Source of the DNA: Thermoplasmata archaeon
Lineage (GTDB): Archaea; Thermoplasmatota; DTKX01; JAHFTX01
Direction: 5' to 3'
NCBI GenBank assembly: GCA_023265395.1
Contig: JAHFTX010000001.1
Location: forward strand, 65,897-129,896
Length of the DNA stretch: 64,000 bases
The notes under the pieces are model-generated. The model searched no databases and had not been told where the DNA came from. It saw only the letters and a list, made by a program, of their open reading frames with translations. The translations under genes and the position numbers were made by a program. Positions 55,121 to 64,000 of the stretch are shown here, piece by piece; the first letter of the stretch is position 1, and each line of letters starts with the position of its first letter.

Positions 55121-58060
55121 CTAACCGGTGTTGCGCATACCCGCGGCGACACCGTTGAAGGTCTCCAACAACGCCCGCATCAAGGAGTGGCGACGAGATT
55201 CATCCCGCTCGGCCCGGACCCGACCCAGGAGGATGATCTGGATGAAGTTGAGCGGATCGACGATCGGGTTGCGGCGATCGATGCTCTGCCGAAGCCATGG
55301 CTGGAGTTCGAGGAGGACTTGCTGCTGGGTCAGGCGTAGGACCCAATAAACGGTCAGTTCGTACTCGGCGAACAAGGCCGCGAAGACCTCCTGCGCGAGC
55401 GCGCTATCTGTTGCGAGCCTGCCGTAGAGTCGGGCGATGTCAAGGTCGGCTTTGGCCAACCCCAACTGGGCATTGTCCAGCAGAGTCCGGAAGAAGGGCC
55501 ATTGTTCGTACATCCGCTCGAGGACGGCGATGGTCGAAGCCCCACGCGACCCGACCTCCGCCAGCGCCGTCCCCAATCCGAACCATCCGGGGACCATCGC
55601 CCGGTTCTGGGTCCAGCTAAACACCCACGGGATTGCACGCAGACTCTGGAGGGAGGCTGTCGCGTCGCGGCGGGCCGGGCGCGATCCGAGGTTGAGTGCA
55701 CTGAACTCCTCCACTGGGGTGACCGACTCGAAGTACCCCATGAAGCGCGCAGGATCACGCAGCAGGTGGCGATACGCACCCGCGGCGCTGCGACTGAGGT
55801 CATCCATCAGCGCGATCCACTGCGGAGACGGGGGATGTTGACTGCCGATCCCGTGCAGCAGGACGGACCCCAGCAGGAGTTCCAGATGCCGCCGCGCGAT
55901 GACCGGGGCGCGGTAATTGAACGCGACGACCTCTCCTTGCTCCGTCACACGCATCTTGCCGCGCACCGAGTCCAGAGGCAAGGCTGCGATCGACCCTCGG
56001 ACATCCCCCCCGCCGCGACCGAGCGTCCCCCCACGTCCGTGGAAGAAGGAGACCTCGACCCCGTGACGCTTTCCCGTCTGCACGAGGCTCGATTGCACCT
56101 GGTGGAGCTCCCATCTGCTGGTGAGGTAGCCGCCATCCTTGTTGCTGTCAGAGTATCCGATCATGATCTCCTGGTGGGCTCCATTCCCCCCGACCTGCGC
56201 CTGATTGGCGATTCGCCGATATCGCTCGTCCCCCCAGAGGCGCTCCATGATCGTCGACGCATGCTGCAGGTCCTCGATGGTCTCAAACAAGGGGACTACA
56301 GGAAGGTCGGTCGATCCCGCCAATCTCAGCAGCAACAGCACCTCGAGCACGTCACTGACGCTGGATGTCATGCTCACGACGTAGCTGCGGATCGCGGGGA
56401 GGCCGTACCTCTGTCGCAGTCGCGCCACGACGAGACAGAGGGCAAGGCTCTTTGGGATCGGCGGCACCGCCCCGGGCTCTTCATCCTGTGCGTCAAGGGC
56501 TGCAGCGAGGAGGTCAGGATCCTCTTCGGCTGGGAGCACGCTGCCCAACCATCCGAGCAGGCTCTGTGGGTCGTCGATGCAGCTCCAGAGGAGGTTCGCA
56601 CGATCACCCTCTGCCAAACTGGAGTAGGACGAGGTCACCCCTGCCGCTCGGAGGAGTTCGCCGACGTCACGCTCGTGCATCGTGGATGCTTGTCGGATAT
56701 CGAGGCCAGCAAGGTGAAACCCGAAGCAGGCGACCTTGCGCCGCAATCGCAACAGGCGCCCATCGGCGATGATGTCACACCGGCGCTGGCGAAGGACCTC
56801 ATCAAGGAGGTCCAGATCAACCATGAAGTGCTCCCCAGCCGGATACTCCAGTGGAGCGTGGCGCTCGGACCCTGCGGCGGCGGGACATCCTCCCTCGCTG
56901 GGGGAGCTTGCGGGTGCCCTCACCAGTGCCGCCAAAGAGGGGGCACCTCCCCCGTCGCGCGCCATGCCTAGCCCGCCTCCGACGGTCGCCGGTGCCAACC
57001 GCTCCCGCATGGGCTCGAGGCGCATGGCCATCAGGAGGAGCTTCTGTCGCAAGGACTCGTTGCGATTGGCCTCCGCTACCAGCGGTGCCAATGTCGGGAA
57101 TCTCTGGAGATCCTGTGACAGGGAGGTCCCGAGCCGGTGTTCGACACCGGTGGCGGGATCCGCGAGCGAGAGCTCGCCGAAGAGCGAACGGACCTCCGAC
57201 AGATAGTGGTCGATGATGACATGGCTGTGCAAGCGCAAGGCCTGCGCAGTGACGGTGAGGCTGACCGACGGGTTCCCATCGCGGTCCCCCCCCGTCCATG
57301 TGCCGAACTCCAGGCCGGTCATGATCGGGTCCTTGGTGATACCCATCGCCACAAGGCATCGCGAGAGATCATGGAGAATCGTCGGCTGGACCTGGAGGAG
57401 GCAGTGGTCGAAGTAGTAGAGGGAATTGTGGACCTCCTCGAGCACGGTCGGTCGCGCTGCACGGATGGCCTCCGTCTGCCAGAGGACCGTGATCAGCCGA
57501 TGTACCTCTACGCCGAGCTCAGCCAGCTCCGTAGGGGTCAACACTGACCGTTCACGTCGGTCCAGGACGTCGCCGAGCGCATCAATCCGCGCGAGCACGG
57601 ATCGTCGCTTGGATTCGGTCGGATGGGCCGTCAGCACCGGCATGACGTCGAGGGCCCGAACGTGCTGCAGGATGCTCGTCGATGTCTCCCCTGCAGCGAG
57701 CCTCGAACGGATCGCCTCGTGGATGGAACCTGGTCGGTTCTCCTCGGATCGACCGCGGACCCACCGGATCCGTGCGTGTTCCTCGGCGAGGTTGTCCAGT
57801 TGCAGCTGTAGGTGCAGCGCATGCACCACGAGACGCAGGCGGTCGAGCTCCAGGCCATCGAGGGTCGAAAGAATCCGTGCCTCGAGCTCCGGACTGAGGG
57901 TCGATCGACGCAGTCGGCAGTCGTGGAGCAGCTGCTCGAGCAAGGCCTCGAGGGCTACCCCACCCTGAGACCGGATAACCGACCGCAGGCCCCCGACCAG
58001 CAGGTCGAGGTCAGCCTGCAGCCGGGGGTCGCTTCCGCCCCCGAGTTCCTCGTCGAGCAC
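55121..58060 (-). CDS. ppc: Phosphoenolpyruvate carboxylase (bacterial/plant type)
   Basis: 979 aa; VLTAHPTE, GYSDSNKDGG, FHGRGGTLGRGGG, and C-terminal ...GMRNTG are diagnostic of long-form PEPC. Confidence 0.9.
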   Translation of the reverse strand: MLDEELGGGSDPRLQADLDLLVGGLRSVIRSQGGVALEALLEQLLHDCRLRRSTLSPELEARILSTLDGLELDRLRLVVHALHLQLQLDNLAEEHARIRWVRGRSEENRPGSIHEAIRSRLAAGETSTSILQHVRALDVMPVLTAHPTESKRRSVLARIDALGDVLDRRERSVLTPTELAELGVEVHRLITVLWQTEAIRAARPTVLEEVHNSLYYFDHCLLQVQPTILHDLSRCLVAMGITKDPIMTGLEFGTWTGGDRDGNPSVSLTVTAQALRLHSHVIIDHYLSEVRSLFGELSLADPATGVEHRLGTSLSQDLQRFPTLAPLVAEANRNESLRQKLLLMAMRLEPMRERLAPATVGGGLGMARDGGGAPSLAALVRAPASSPSEGGCPAAAGSERHAPLEYPAGEHFMVDLDLLDEVLRQRRCDIIADGRLLRLRRKVACFGFHLAGLDIRQASTMHERDVGELLRAAGVTSSYSSLAEGDRANLLWSCIDDPQSLLGWLGSVLPAEEDPDLLAAALDAQDEEPGAVPPIPKSLALCLVVARLRQRYGLPAIRSYVVSMTSSVSDVLEVLLLLRLAGSTDLPVVPLFETIEDLQHASTIMERLWGDERYRRIANQAQVGGNGAHQEIMIGYSDSNKDGGYLTSRWELHQVQSSLVQTGKRHGVEVSFFHGRGGTLGRGGGDVRGSIAALPLDSVRGKMRVTEQGEVVAFNYRAPVIARRHLELLLGSVLLHGIGSQHPPSPQWIALMDDLSRSAAGAYRHLLRDPARFMGYFESVTPVEEFSALNLGSRPARRDATASLQSLRAIPWVFSWTQNRAMVPGWFGLGTALAEVGSRGASTIAVLERMYEQWPFFRTLLDNAQLGLAKADLDIARLYGRLATDSALAQEVFAALFAEYELTVYWVLRLTQQQVLLELQPWLRQSIDRRNPIVDPLNFIQIILLGRVRAERDESRRHSLMRALLETFNGVAAGMRNTG

Positions 58061-58113
58061 CGGGGAACGAGCGGCGCGACCCCGGATGAGGCTTTCGAGG
58101 GATGCACGCGCTC

Positions 58114-60309
58114 CTAGGTCACCCGGTAGCGGTCCTTCCGCGGGGAGTAGATGCTCCCCTCGCGAGCGAGGTTGCTGAGCAGTTCATCGAACTTCCCCCC
58201 GGCGAGATTCTGCTCTTGGGCACGCTGGACTATATCGTCGAGGTGCGCACCCTCGGAGCCTTGGAGTTCCTCGATGATGCGCAGGAGGCTCCGCCGTCGG
58301 TCATGATCGACCTGGCTGTGACCGGTCGTGACGATGGCCATGTCGATGGTCCCTCCCTCGCTCATGGCGAATCGACGCAGGAAGTAGTCGATGATCCGAA
58401 TCGCCCGGTCGACATCGGCGAGCGTGACCACCTGGGAGAGGCGCACACGCGCCGAGGCCTCAGAGAGACGGATGACCGCCTCGATCTGTCGGGCGGTCAG
58501 CGGGATGGTGCCCTCCGCGCCTTGTGCACGCATGGTCACGTAGAAGGTGACGATCTTCTCATGGGCAGCGTCCTCCATCACCGGGAAGGTGTTCCGCTTG
58601 GCGTGGGCCAGATACTTGCGCAGGAGCTCCCGGTCGATGGGAACCTCGCGGGTGGTCTGGAGGCTGGCGAGCCGCTCATCATACTGGTCATCGTAGCTGT
58701 ACGCCTGATACGTTCGGATCTCACCTTTGAGATGCTGACGGACGATGAACTCCGCCATCGAGGTGTCACGGGTGACCTCTGGGCGGTCTGTGATGGTGAA
58801 GATGACATCGAAGCGGCTGATCAAGGCCGGGTCGAGTTCGAGCTGTTCGGGGAGGGTCGACCGGTCATCGAATCGACCGAACTTGGGGTTGGCCGCTGCC
58901 AAGATGGAACAGCGACTGTGGAGCGTCGCGTGGATTCCTGCCTTGGCGATATTGACCGTCTGTTGTTCCATCGCGGTGTGGATGCTCTCGCGGTCGGTGT
59001 CGCTCATCTTGTCGAGCTCGTCGATGCAGACCATGCCCTTGTCTCCCAGCACCAGGGCACCAGCCTCGAGGGTCCAGCGCCCTTCACCGAACTCGTCTCC
59101 ATGGACGGCCGCAGCCGTCAGCCCCGCGGCTGAGGCGCCCTTGCCGGAGGTGTAGATCCCCCGCGGTGCGAGTTTGGCGATGTGGCTGAGCAGTTGGGAC
59201 TTCGCGACACCCGGGTCGCCCACGAGCAGGATGTGGATGTCCCCACGCATCCGGACCCCCTCCTCGGCCTGTTTGGGGACTCCCCCGAAGAGCTGGAGCA
59301 TCACTGCCTCCTTCTCGGTGAGCAGGCCGAAGATGCTCGGGGCGATGCTGCGGACGATCCTGTCGTAGATGTGTGGGTCGCGGCTGAGCTCGACGATCTG
59401 CGCCTCCTCCTCAGGCGTGACTTCGACCTCCTCGAACTCGACTTCCTGGTGCTCGAAGCTGTTGATGGAGAGGTAGAGGTCGAAGTCGGTGCTCTTGGCC
59501 GAGGGGCGTCCCTTCTGCCGACTTTTGAGCACCCCGCTGACGATGACCCGGTCCCCGGGGTTGAGGCTCCCGGTGATATCATCGGTCAGGGCCATCCACA
59601 GCCGTCGGGGCTGTTCCCCTCCGCGCATGTTCTCAGGGCTCTCCTGGGTCTCGATGCGTTGGGTGTCGAGGAAGGTGGACATCGGCAGCGCGGCAGCGCC
59701 CGTCGCGACCGCGTCCGGTGGGAGCTCGGTGATGAGGTCCCAGCGAGTGGATGCGCTGGTCCGGCCGCAGCCGGCGTCGGTCTTGTCGCACTCCAGGGGC
59801 TCGCGGAAGAACCCGTCCTCCTGCGGGATGAGGCTGATGTGACCGCACCGAACGCACTTGAAGGCCGCCTCGACGATCCGTGGCCGTACCTCTGTGGCCC
59901 GTCGTACGATGCCTTCGATCGCGACGAAGGCGCCCACGTGTTCTGCCCGTAGGTGACGGATCTCGCGGCGCGCCGACGTCGGCAGGTGGTGGACCCGCAC
60001 ATGGACCGGGACCTTGGCGTCTGGGGGGAGGTTGGCCCGAAGCGCCAGGCGCGCCTGATGCAGGACCCGTTCGGGATAATCGAGGAGGTATGAGGCGAGA
60101 TCCGTGTTGAAGCGGGTGACGTCGCGATAGTCGATGAGGAGTGACCTGCGGTCGGGATACTCGTTGGCGATGAGATCGAGATCGCCCTGGTGGTATTCAC
60201 GGAAGAAGGAATCCCATTCCGTCCGAAGGTCCGCCAAGGTGAAGTCCCGAGTCATCGCCAACCATCCTCCGTTGCCACTGTTTCTTGTGGGGTCGCTCCA
60301 TGGCTGCAA
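58114..60309 (-). CDS. mcm: MCM replicative helicase
   Basis: 731 aa; zinc finger CVRCGH...CDKTDAGCG, Walker A IHILLVGDPGVAKSQLL, Walker B CIDELDKM, arginine finger SRFDVIF. Confidence 0.9.
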   Translation of the reverse strand: MQPWSDPTRNSGNGGWLAMTRDFTLADLRTEWDSFFREYHQGDLDLIANEYPDRRSLLIDYRDVTRFNTDLASYLLDYPERVLHQARLALRANLPPDAKVPVHVRVHHLPTSARREIRHLRAEHVGAFVAIEGIVRRATEVRPRIVEAAFKCVRCGHISLIPQEDGFFREPLECDKTDAGCGRTSASTRWDLITELPPDAVATGAAALPMSTFLDTQRIETQESPENMRGGEQPRRLWMALTDDITGSLNPGDRVIVSGVLKSRQKGRPSAKSTDFDLYLSINSFEHQEVEFEEVEVTPEEEAQIVELSRDPHIYDRIVRSIAPSIFGLLTEKEAVMLQLFGGVPKQAEEGVRMRGDIHILLVGDPGVAKSQLLSHIAKLAPRGIYTSGKGASAAGLTAAAVHGDEFGEGRWTLEAGALVLGDKGMVCIDELDKMSDTDRESIHTAMEQQTVNIAKAGIHATLHSRCSILAAANPKFGRFDDRSTLPEQLELDPALISRFDVIFTITDRPEVTRDTSMAEFIVRQHLKGEIRTYQAYSYDDQYDERLASLQTTREVPIDRELLRKYLAHAKRNTFPVMEDAAHEKIVTFYVTMRAQGAEGTIPLTARQIEAVIRLSEASARVRLSQVVTLADVDRAIRIIDYFLRRFAMSEGGTIDMAIVTTGHSQVDHDRRRSLLRIIEELQGSEGAHLDDIVQRAQEQNLAGGKFDELLSNLAREGSIYSPRKDRYRVT

Positions 60310-60546
60310 GGCCTTGCGCGTGATGTCTCCCGATTGGTCGGGACCTTAATGTCCCCCTCCACCGTCCGCTGGGGCTCCCCGAAGGGTTGCTGATGGGTGC
60401 CCCCGAGGGGTCTGCTCCGTGGGAACGCGACCACGATAAGGTCAAGGGGGAGGGGAAGGTGAGAGTGGCACGGATTCTCGGCCATCTCTCGAATGAAAGC
60501 GGGCGGTCCGCCGGCCTACACTGGAAACGCCGCAGGCGGCTCCCGC

Positions 60547-60948
60547 TCAAACCTCGCTCTCAAGAAGCTGGAACTGGCCCATCTGGTGGTCGAGGACGAC
60601 CCGAAAATGTCGCAGGAAACTCAACCCTAGGGCGACACAGATGCGTGATTCCTCTGGGGGCGAGGCACAGGCGACCGCGATGTCTGTCGCCTTTCGCCCG
60701 AGCACGGTGACTGTGGGGATTCGAACAATCGGTGCGTTGAGGGTACCGTTCTGGTGGACGATCAACGCATGCTTGTCGGGCTTGGCGGGGTTGAGTCCGA
60801 TTGATGCCACAATCTCTGGTGGGACCATGCAGTAGGTCGATCCAGTCGTGAGCACCGCGTGCACCACGATGGAACCCTTGGGGCCTGTCAACTCGACGGG
60901 AATCGGGATTGCCGGAGCGTCCTTGTTGAAGTAATAGTCCACACCCAT
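60547..60948 (-). CDS. Retropepsin-like (clan AA) aspartic-protease-fold protein; catalytic Asp apparently substituted (TTGS in place of DTGA)
   Basis: 133 aa; IVVHAVLTTGSTYCMVPPEIVASIGL aligns with the retropepsin hhDTGAs..hi active-site strand and following helix, but Thr replaces the catalytic Asp. Confidence 0.5.
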   Translation of the reverse strand: MGVDYYFNKDAPAIPIPVELTGPKGSIVVHAVLTTGSTYCMVPPEIVASIGLNPAKPDKHALIVHQNGTLNAPIVRIPTVTVLGRKATDIAVACASPPEESRICVALGLSFLRHFRVVLDHQMGQFQLLESEV

Positions 60949-60959
60949 GGGCTCTCCTC

Positions 60960-61187
60960 CTACACTGCCAACGTGACTCCCTTTGGGGGGATTTGCCCGG
61001 CGAAGACGAGCGCGGTCCGCCCACCGCTGCGTGGAAGTGCGCCCAGTGCCGCGCTGCGCTTCTGGTGGGTCGAAAGAAGTCGACCCACGGTGACCTCACC
61101 GCTCTCGTTAGTCTCGATGACCTCTAGGACCAACCACTGTTCAGGGTGCGCCTGGGCAAACTCCTGGACCTGCCCGATCTTCGCCAT
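60960..61187 (-). CDS. Small hypothetical protein, possible partner of the retropepsin-like gene
   Basis: 75 aa (MAKIGQVQEFAQAHPEQWLVLEVIETNESGEVTVGRLLSTHQKR...). 11 nt upstream of the protease-like ORF on the same strand. Confidence 0.4.
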   Translation of the reverse strand: MAKIGQVQEFAQAHPEQWLVLEVIETNESGEVTVGRLLSTHQKRSAALGALPRSGGRTALVFAGQIPPKGVTLAV

Positions 61188-61223
61188 CGTACTCCTCGGG
61201 GACGGCCAAGGGTCACCTGGGTT

Positions 61224-62765
61224 TTATCCTTCCGGTCGGTCCGGGAGCGCCTCCGTGTCCGGCTCTCCTTCACCATGCAGTGGTTCTTGCTGGACCTTGG
61301 TGAGCCGCGCGGCCCAGAACCCGTTCATCGAGAACGCCCCCTCCCCGACAGCGAAGATGGGCCCGGAACCTCCGTCCCCCCCGTAGGCTCGGAGGAGGTC
61401 CACCGGGAAGAGGTCAGGTGGCGGTTGCAACCCCATGGTTGAATCAGTAGCAAGGAGGGCATCGACCACCTGTTCGTTCTCGGTGGCGTTGCGGGTGCAC
61501 GTGCAGTAGACCAGCGACCCACCCGGGGCAAGCGTGCGCGCGCCACGTTCCAAGAGTTCGACCTGCCGTTGGTGGAAGGCGGTGCCTGGGGGCGCTGCCA
61601 GGAGAACCTCTGGGTGACGGGCGATGACCCCCAGCCCCGTACAAGGGGCATCGACCAGCACGCGGTCGATGGTACCCTTGAGCCGCTTGACCTGCTTGCC
61701 GTTCTCGAGGATCCGATGGCAGCTGACCCCCGCCCGTGCCGCACGTTGGCGCAAGCGCATGCGCTGCTGATCATCCGGGCAGAACGCCAAGAGCGTCCCC
61801 CGGTTGCGCATGGCGGCGGCGATCGCCAGAGTCTTGCCCCCCGTCCCAGCACACAGGTCGAGGACCCGCTCTCCCGGCCGAGGATCGAGCAACGCCACCG
61901 CGAGTTGTGATGCGGCATCCTGCGGTTCGAACCACCCGGCCGCGAACTCTGGCAGCAGGTGCGCCGGCCCCCGTTCGAGGATGAGGGCGGTATCGCACCA
62001 TGGATGGGGGCGCGGGTGTGGTGACCATCCAGGGCCAACAGGGTCGCCCCCAACCTCCGCATCCGCCTCATCTGGGTCCTCCTCCTTTGGCGCCCGGGAA
62101 CCCAACGGTACGTGACCCCGTTTCTCGAGTTGCTGTAGCAACGTCGCGCGGTCTCCCTTGAGGAGGTTGACCCGAATCGTCAGCGGGGCCTCTGCGAAGC
62201 TGGCCTGGAGCCATTGGGCGGCGAGGGCTGGCACCGCGTGGACCTCAGGATCGCTGCGGAGCGCCTCGAGGGCCCATGGCGGGACCGAGAGTTGGAAGTG
62301 CTCTTGGTGGGAGGGGTTCGTCGGATGCAAGGAGTTCGCGTGCTGGAGCACGCGTAGGACGTCTTGTCGTAGCAGGATCTCATCACCGTGCGGTCCCTCC
62401 CCTTCCCGAATGAGCTGCAGCGCCAGCGCCAGGCGGCCCAGTGCCGGGGCATGCTCCGATGCACCGAGCAGCTTGGATGCGGCACGGTCGAGCTGCCACT
62501 GGATGGCCCACCAACGGCGGAGGGTGCGTCGCGCGAGCCGCAGGACTGTTACCCGATGCGCTCCGCTCCGCCGCTGTGCACCACCGACCAGGGCGACGGC
62601 CCGCTGCAGGGGCATCCCGGCACGGACGCGCTCGATGACTTCCACCGTGTCAGAATAGACGGCTGCATGCGGGAGGCCACGCGGTTGGCGGAATCCCTTG
62701 GTTCGCCGTCGGTCGTTGGCTCCGCTCGGTCGTCTGCGCACCCCTGCCCCTCTCCTAGGTGGCAT
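61224..62765 (-). CDS. NOL1/NOP2/Sun-family RNA cytosine-C5 methyltransferase (RsmB/Nop2-like)
   Basis: AdoMet motif VLDLCAGTGGKT, catalytic LVDAPCTGLGV, second Cys in VYCTCT, N-terminal NusB-like region. Start is uncertain: the track start 62945 overlaps the upstream gene by 190 nt, and candidate ATGs lie at 62765 and 62615. Confidence 0.8.
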   Translation of the reverse strand: MPPRRGAGVRRRPSGANDRRRTKGFRQPRGLPHAAVYSDTVEVIERVRAGMPLQRAVALVGGAQRRSGAHRVTVLRLARRTLRRWWAIQWQLDRAASKLLGASEHAPALGRLALALQLIREGEGPHGDEILLRQDVLRVLQHANSLHPTNPSHQEHFQLSVPPWALEALRSDPEVHAVPALAAQWLQASFAEAPLTIRVNLLKGDRATLLQQLEKRGHVPLGSRAPKEEDPDEADAEVGGDPVGPGWSPHPRPHPWCDTALILERGPAHLLPEFAAGWFEPQDAASQLAVALLDPRPGERVLDLCAGTGGKTLAIAAAMRNRGTLLAFCPDDQQRMRLRQRAARAGVSCHRILENGKQVKRLKGTIDRVLVDAPCTGLGVIARHPEVLLAAPPGTAFHQRQVELLERGARTLAPGGSLVYCTCTRNATENEQVVDALLATDSTMGLQPPPDLFPVDLLRAYGGDGGSGPIFAVGEGAFSMNGFWAARLTKVQQEPLHGEGEPDTEALPDRPEG

Positions 62766-63522
62766 CGGCGTGCTCCTGTGGGGGAGGGACGGGCGCGACG
62801 CCTTTTCGTTGGCGGACCTTGTCGAACAGGACGATGGAGGCCGCGACAGTGGCATTGAGACTCTCGATCCCCTCGGACATCGGGATGGAGAGAATCGCAT
62901 GGCAGTGCTTGCGGATCGAGGGAGGGAGGCCCCGGGCTTCGCCACCGACGACCACGGCGACGCGCCCGGTCAGATCGAAGGAGGAGTAGGTCCGTTCCCC
63001 GTCGGGTGAGATGCCGACTACCCAGAACCCAGCCTTGTCCAGCGCCTTGAGGGTCGACGGGAGGTTGGAGACCACGGTGGGGGGCAACAGGGCTGTCGCG
63101 CCAGCTGCCGCCTTGTGGACTGCGGGGGTCAGCTCGGTCATCCCCTCACCTCCAAGGAGGATCCCGCGCGCCCCTGCACCGACGGCGCTGCGGATCGTGG
63201 CGCCAAGGTTCCGGGGGTCTTGGACCCCGACCAAGACCAGCAGCAGGGCTTCGGGGTCCTCGATCGCCAACAGTTCCTGGAGCGTGGGGGGAGGCTGTTC
63301 CTCGACACGAGCGAGGATTCCCTGATGTCGCAGGCCATCGACCATGCGGTCGAGCTTCGTGGCGTCGACCCGTGTCACGGCGACGCCCAGCGAGGTGGCA
63401 AGCCGCACCAGACCATCGATCCGACCCGATGTGGCCGAGCGTGCCACGAGCACCTCGGCGACGCCTCCCCGCCGCAGCATCGCATGCACGGGCCCGGCCC
63501 CGCAGACCACCGTCAACGCCAC
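62755..63522 (-). CDS. SpoU/TrmH-family RNA 2'-O-methyltransferase
   Basis: 255 aa; SpoU substrate-binding N-domain plus SPOUT motifs LVLVGVQDPRNLGAIIRSA, VVVGGEARGL, IPMSEGIESLNATVAASIVLF. Confidence 0.8.
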   Translation of the reverse strand: MALTVVCGAGPVHAMLRRGGVAEVLVARSATSGRIDGLVRLATSLGVAVTRVDATKLDRMVDGLRHQGILARVEEQPPPTLQELLAIEDPEALLLVLVGVQDPRNLGATIRSAVGAGARGILLGGEGMTELTPAVHKAAAGATALLPPTVVSNLPSTLKALDKAGFWVVGISPDGERTYSSFDLTGRVAVVVGGEARGLPPSIRKHCHAILSIPMSEGIESLNATVAASIVLFDKVRQRKGVAPVPPPQEHADAT

Positions 63523-63531
63523 GATGGTCCA

Positions 63532-64000
63532 TCACACCGGAGGTCTTGACCCTTGGGGCAGTGACCCTGTGGGGCCTTCCATCAATGGTCCCAGCACGCC
63601 CACGAGGTCGCGGGCGGCTTCATTGCTGGGATTGAGGGCAAGGGCACGTCGCAGGGCGTCCAACGCCTCCGCACGTCGCCCCAGTCCCAAGAAAGCGTTC
63701 GCGGTCGCAACGAGGACGAGGTCATCGGCAGGCGCATGTTTCGACAATCGCTCAAGGTAGCCAAGGGCCGAAGTGAAGTCCTCCGCCTGCAGATGCAGCT
63801 GGGCGAGGTGGTCGAGGGCGAGTCGGTCGCCCGGGTCCTCGACGAGCGCCTGTTGGAGCAGGGTGGTCCCTTCCGCGGTGCGACCCGCCGCCAGCAAGGA
63901 GAGCCCGCCGCGCACGAGGCTGCGGAGGCGATGCTCAGGATGGAGCGCTGCACGGGAGAACGAGTCGGCCGCGGCATCGTGGTCCCCGGTACTCTCGAGC
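63532..64000 (-). CDS. TPR-repeat protein, 5'-truncated by the window end
   Basis: The frame continues without a stop to position 64000. Repeated LALDHLAQLHLQAEDFTSALGYLERL and AEALDALRRALALNPSNEAARDL TPR units. Confidence 0.6.
   Translation of the reverse strand, partial: LESTGDHDAAADSFSRAALHPEHRLRSLVRGGLSLLAAGRTAEGTTLLQQALVEDPGDRLALDHLAQLHLQAEDFTSALGYLERLSKHAPADDLVLVATANAFLGLGRRAEALDALRRALALNPSNEAARDLVGVLGPLMEGPTGSLPQGSRPPV

Noticed and set aside
55502-56971. 489-aa plus-strand ORF
   Set aside because: Antisense to ppc.

Overview
High-GC (about 65%) archaeal chromosomal segment. It opens on the minus strand with the canonical archaeal transcription block nusA (partial) <- rpl30e <- rpoA'' <- rpoA' <- rpoB (unsplit) <- rpoH. 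An intron-containing tRNA-Lys follows. Next come housekeeping genes (RNase HII, GlmM/PMM-type mutase, an enolase-superfamily enzyme, an HMGL-type synthase, a GalE-like epimerase, TatA), then a plus-strand block rpl44e-rps27e-aIF2alpha-nop10-PAC2, then GPN-loop GTPase, TatC, SRP54, GlyRS, PEPC, MCM, a Sun-family rRNA methyltransferase and a SpoU-type rRNA methyltransferase. Accessory content: (i) a compact eukaryote-like ubiquitin cassette (Ub-like pro-protein with Gly-Gly plus a 4-aa tail, UBC-fold E2-like, JAMM/MPN+ protease) sitting just upstream of the rpl44e...PAC2 block; (ii) a surface/signalling island with a 1141-aa PKD-domain glycoprotein, two paralogous small Trp-motif proteins flanking a RIO/Kdo-type kinase, a 1789-aa single-pass giant protein with five tandem ~95-aa extracellular repeats and a large cytoplasmic tail, and a presenilin/SPP-type intramembrane protease; (iii) a molybdenum-hydroxylase operon mocA-xdhC-coxS-coxL-coxM with a divergent HTH_10 regulator and a STAND NTPase; (iv) an aIF2beta-TRAM fusion, a CDIN1/TPD-like nuclease-fold protein, and a MoaD/SAMP-like Gly-Gly protein. 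No CRISPR array, transposase or rRNA gene was seen. Many long antisense ORFs in the track are high-GC artefacts. All calls rest on manual motif recognition from the translations; no searches were run.
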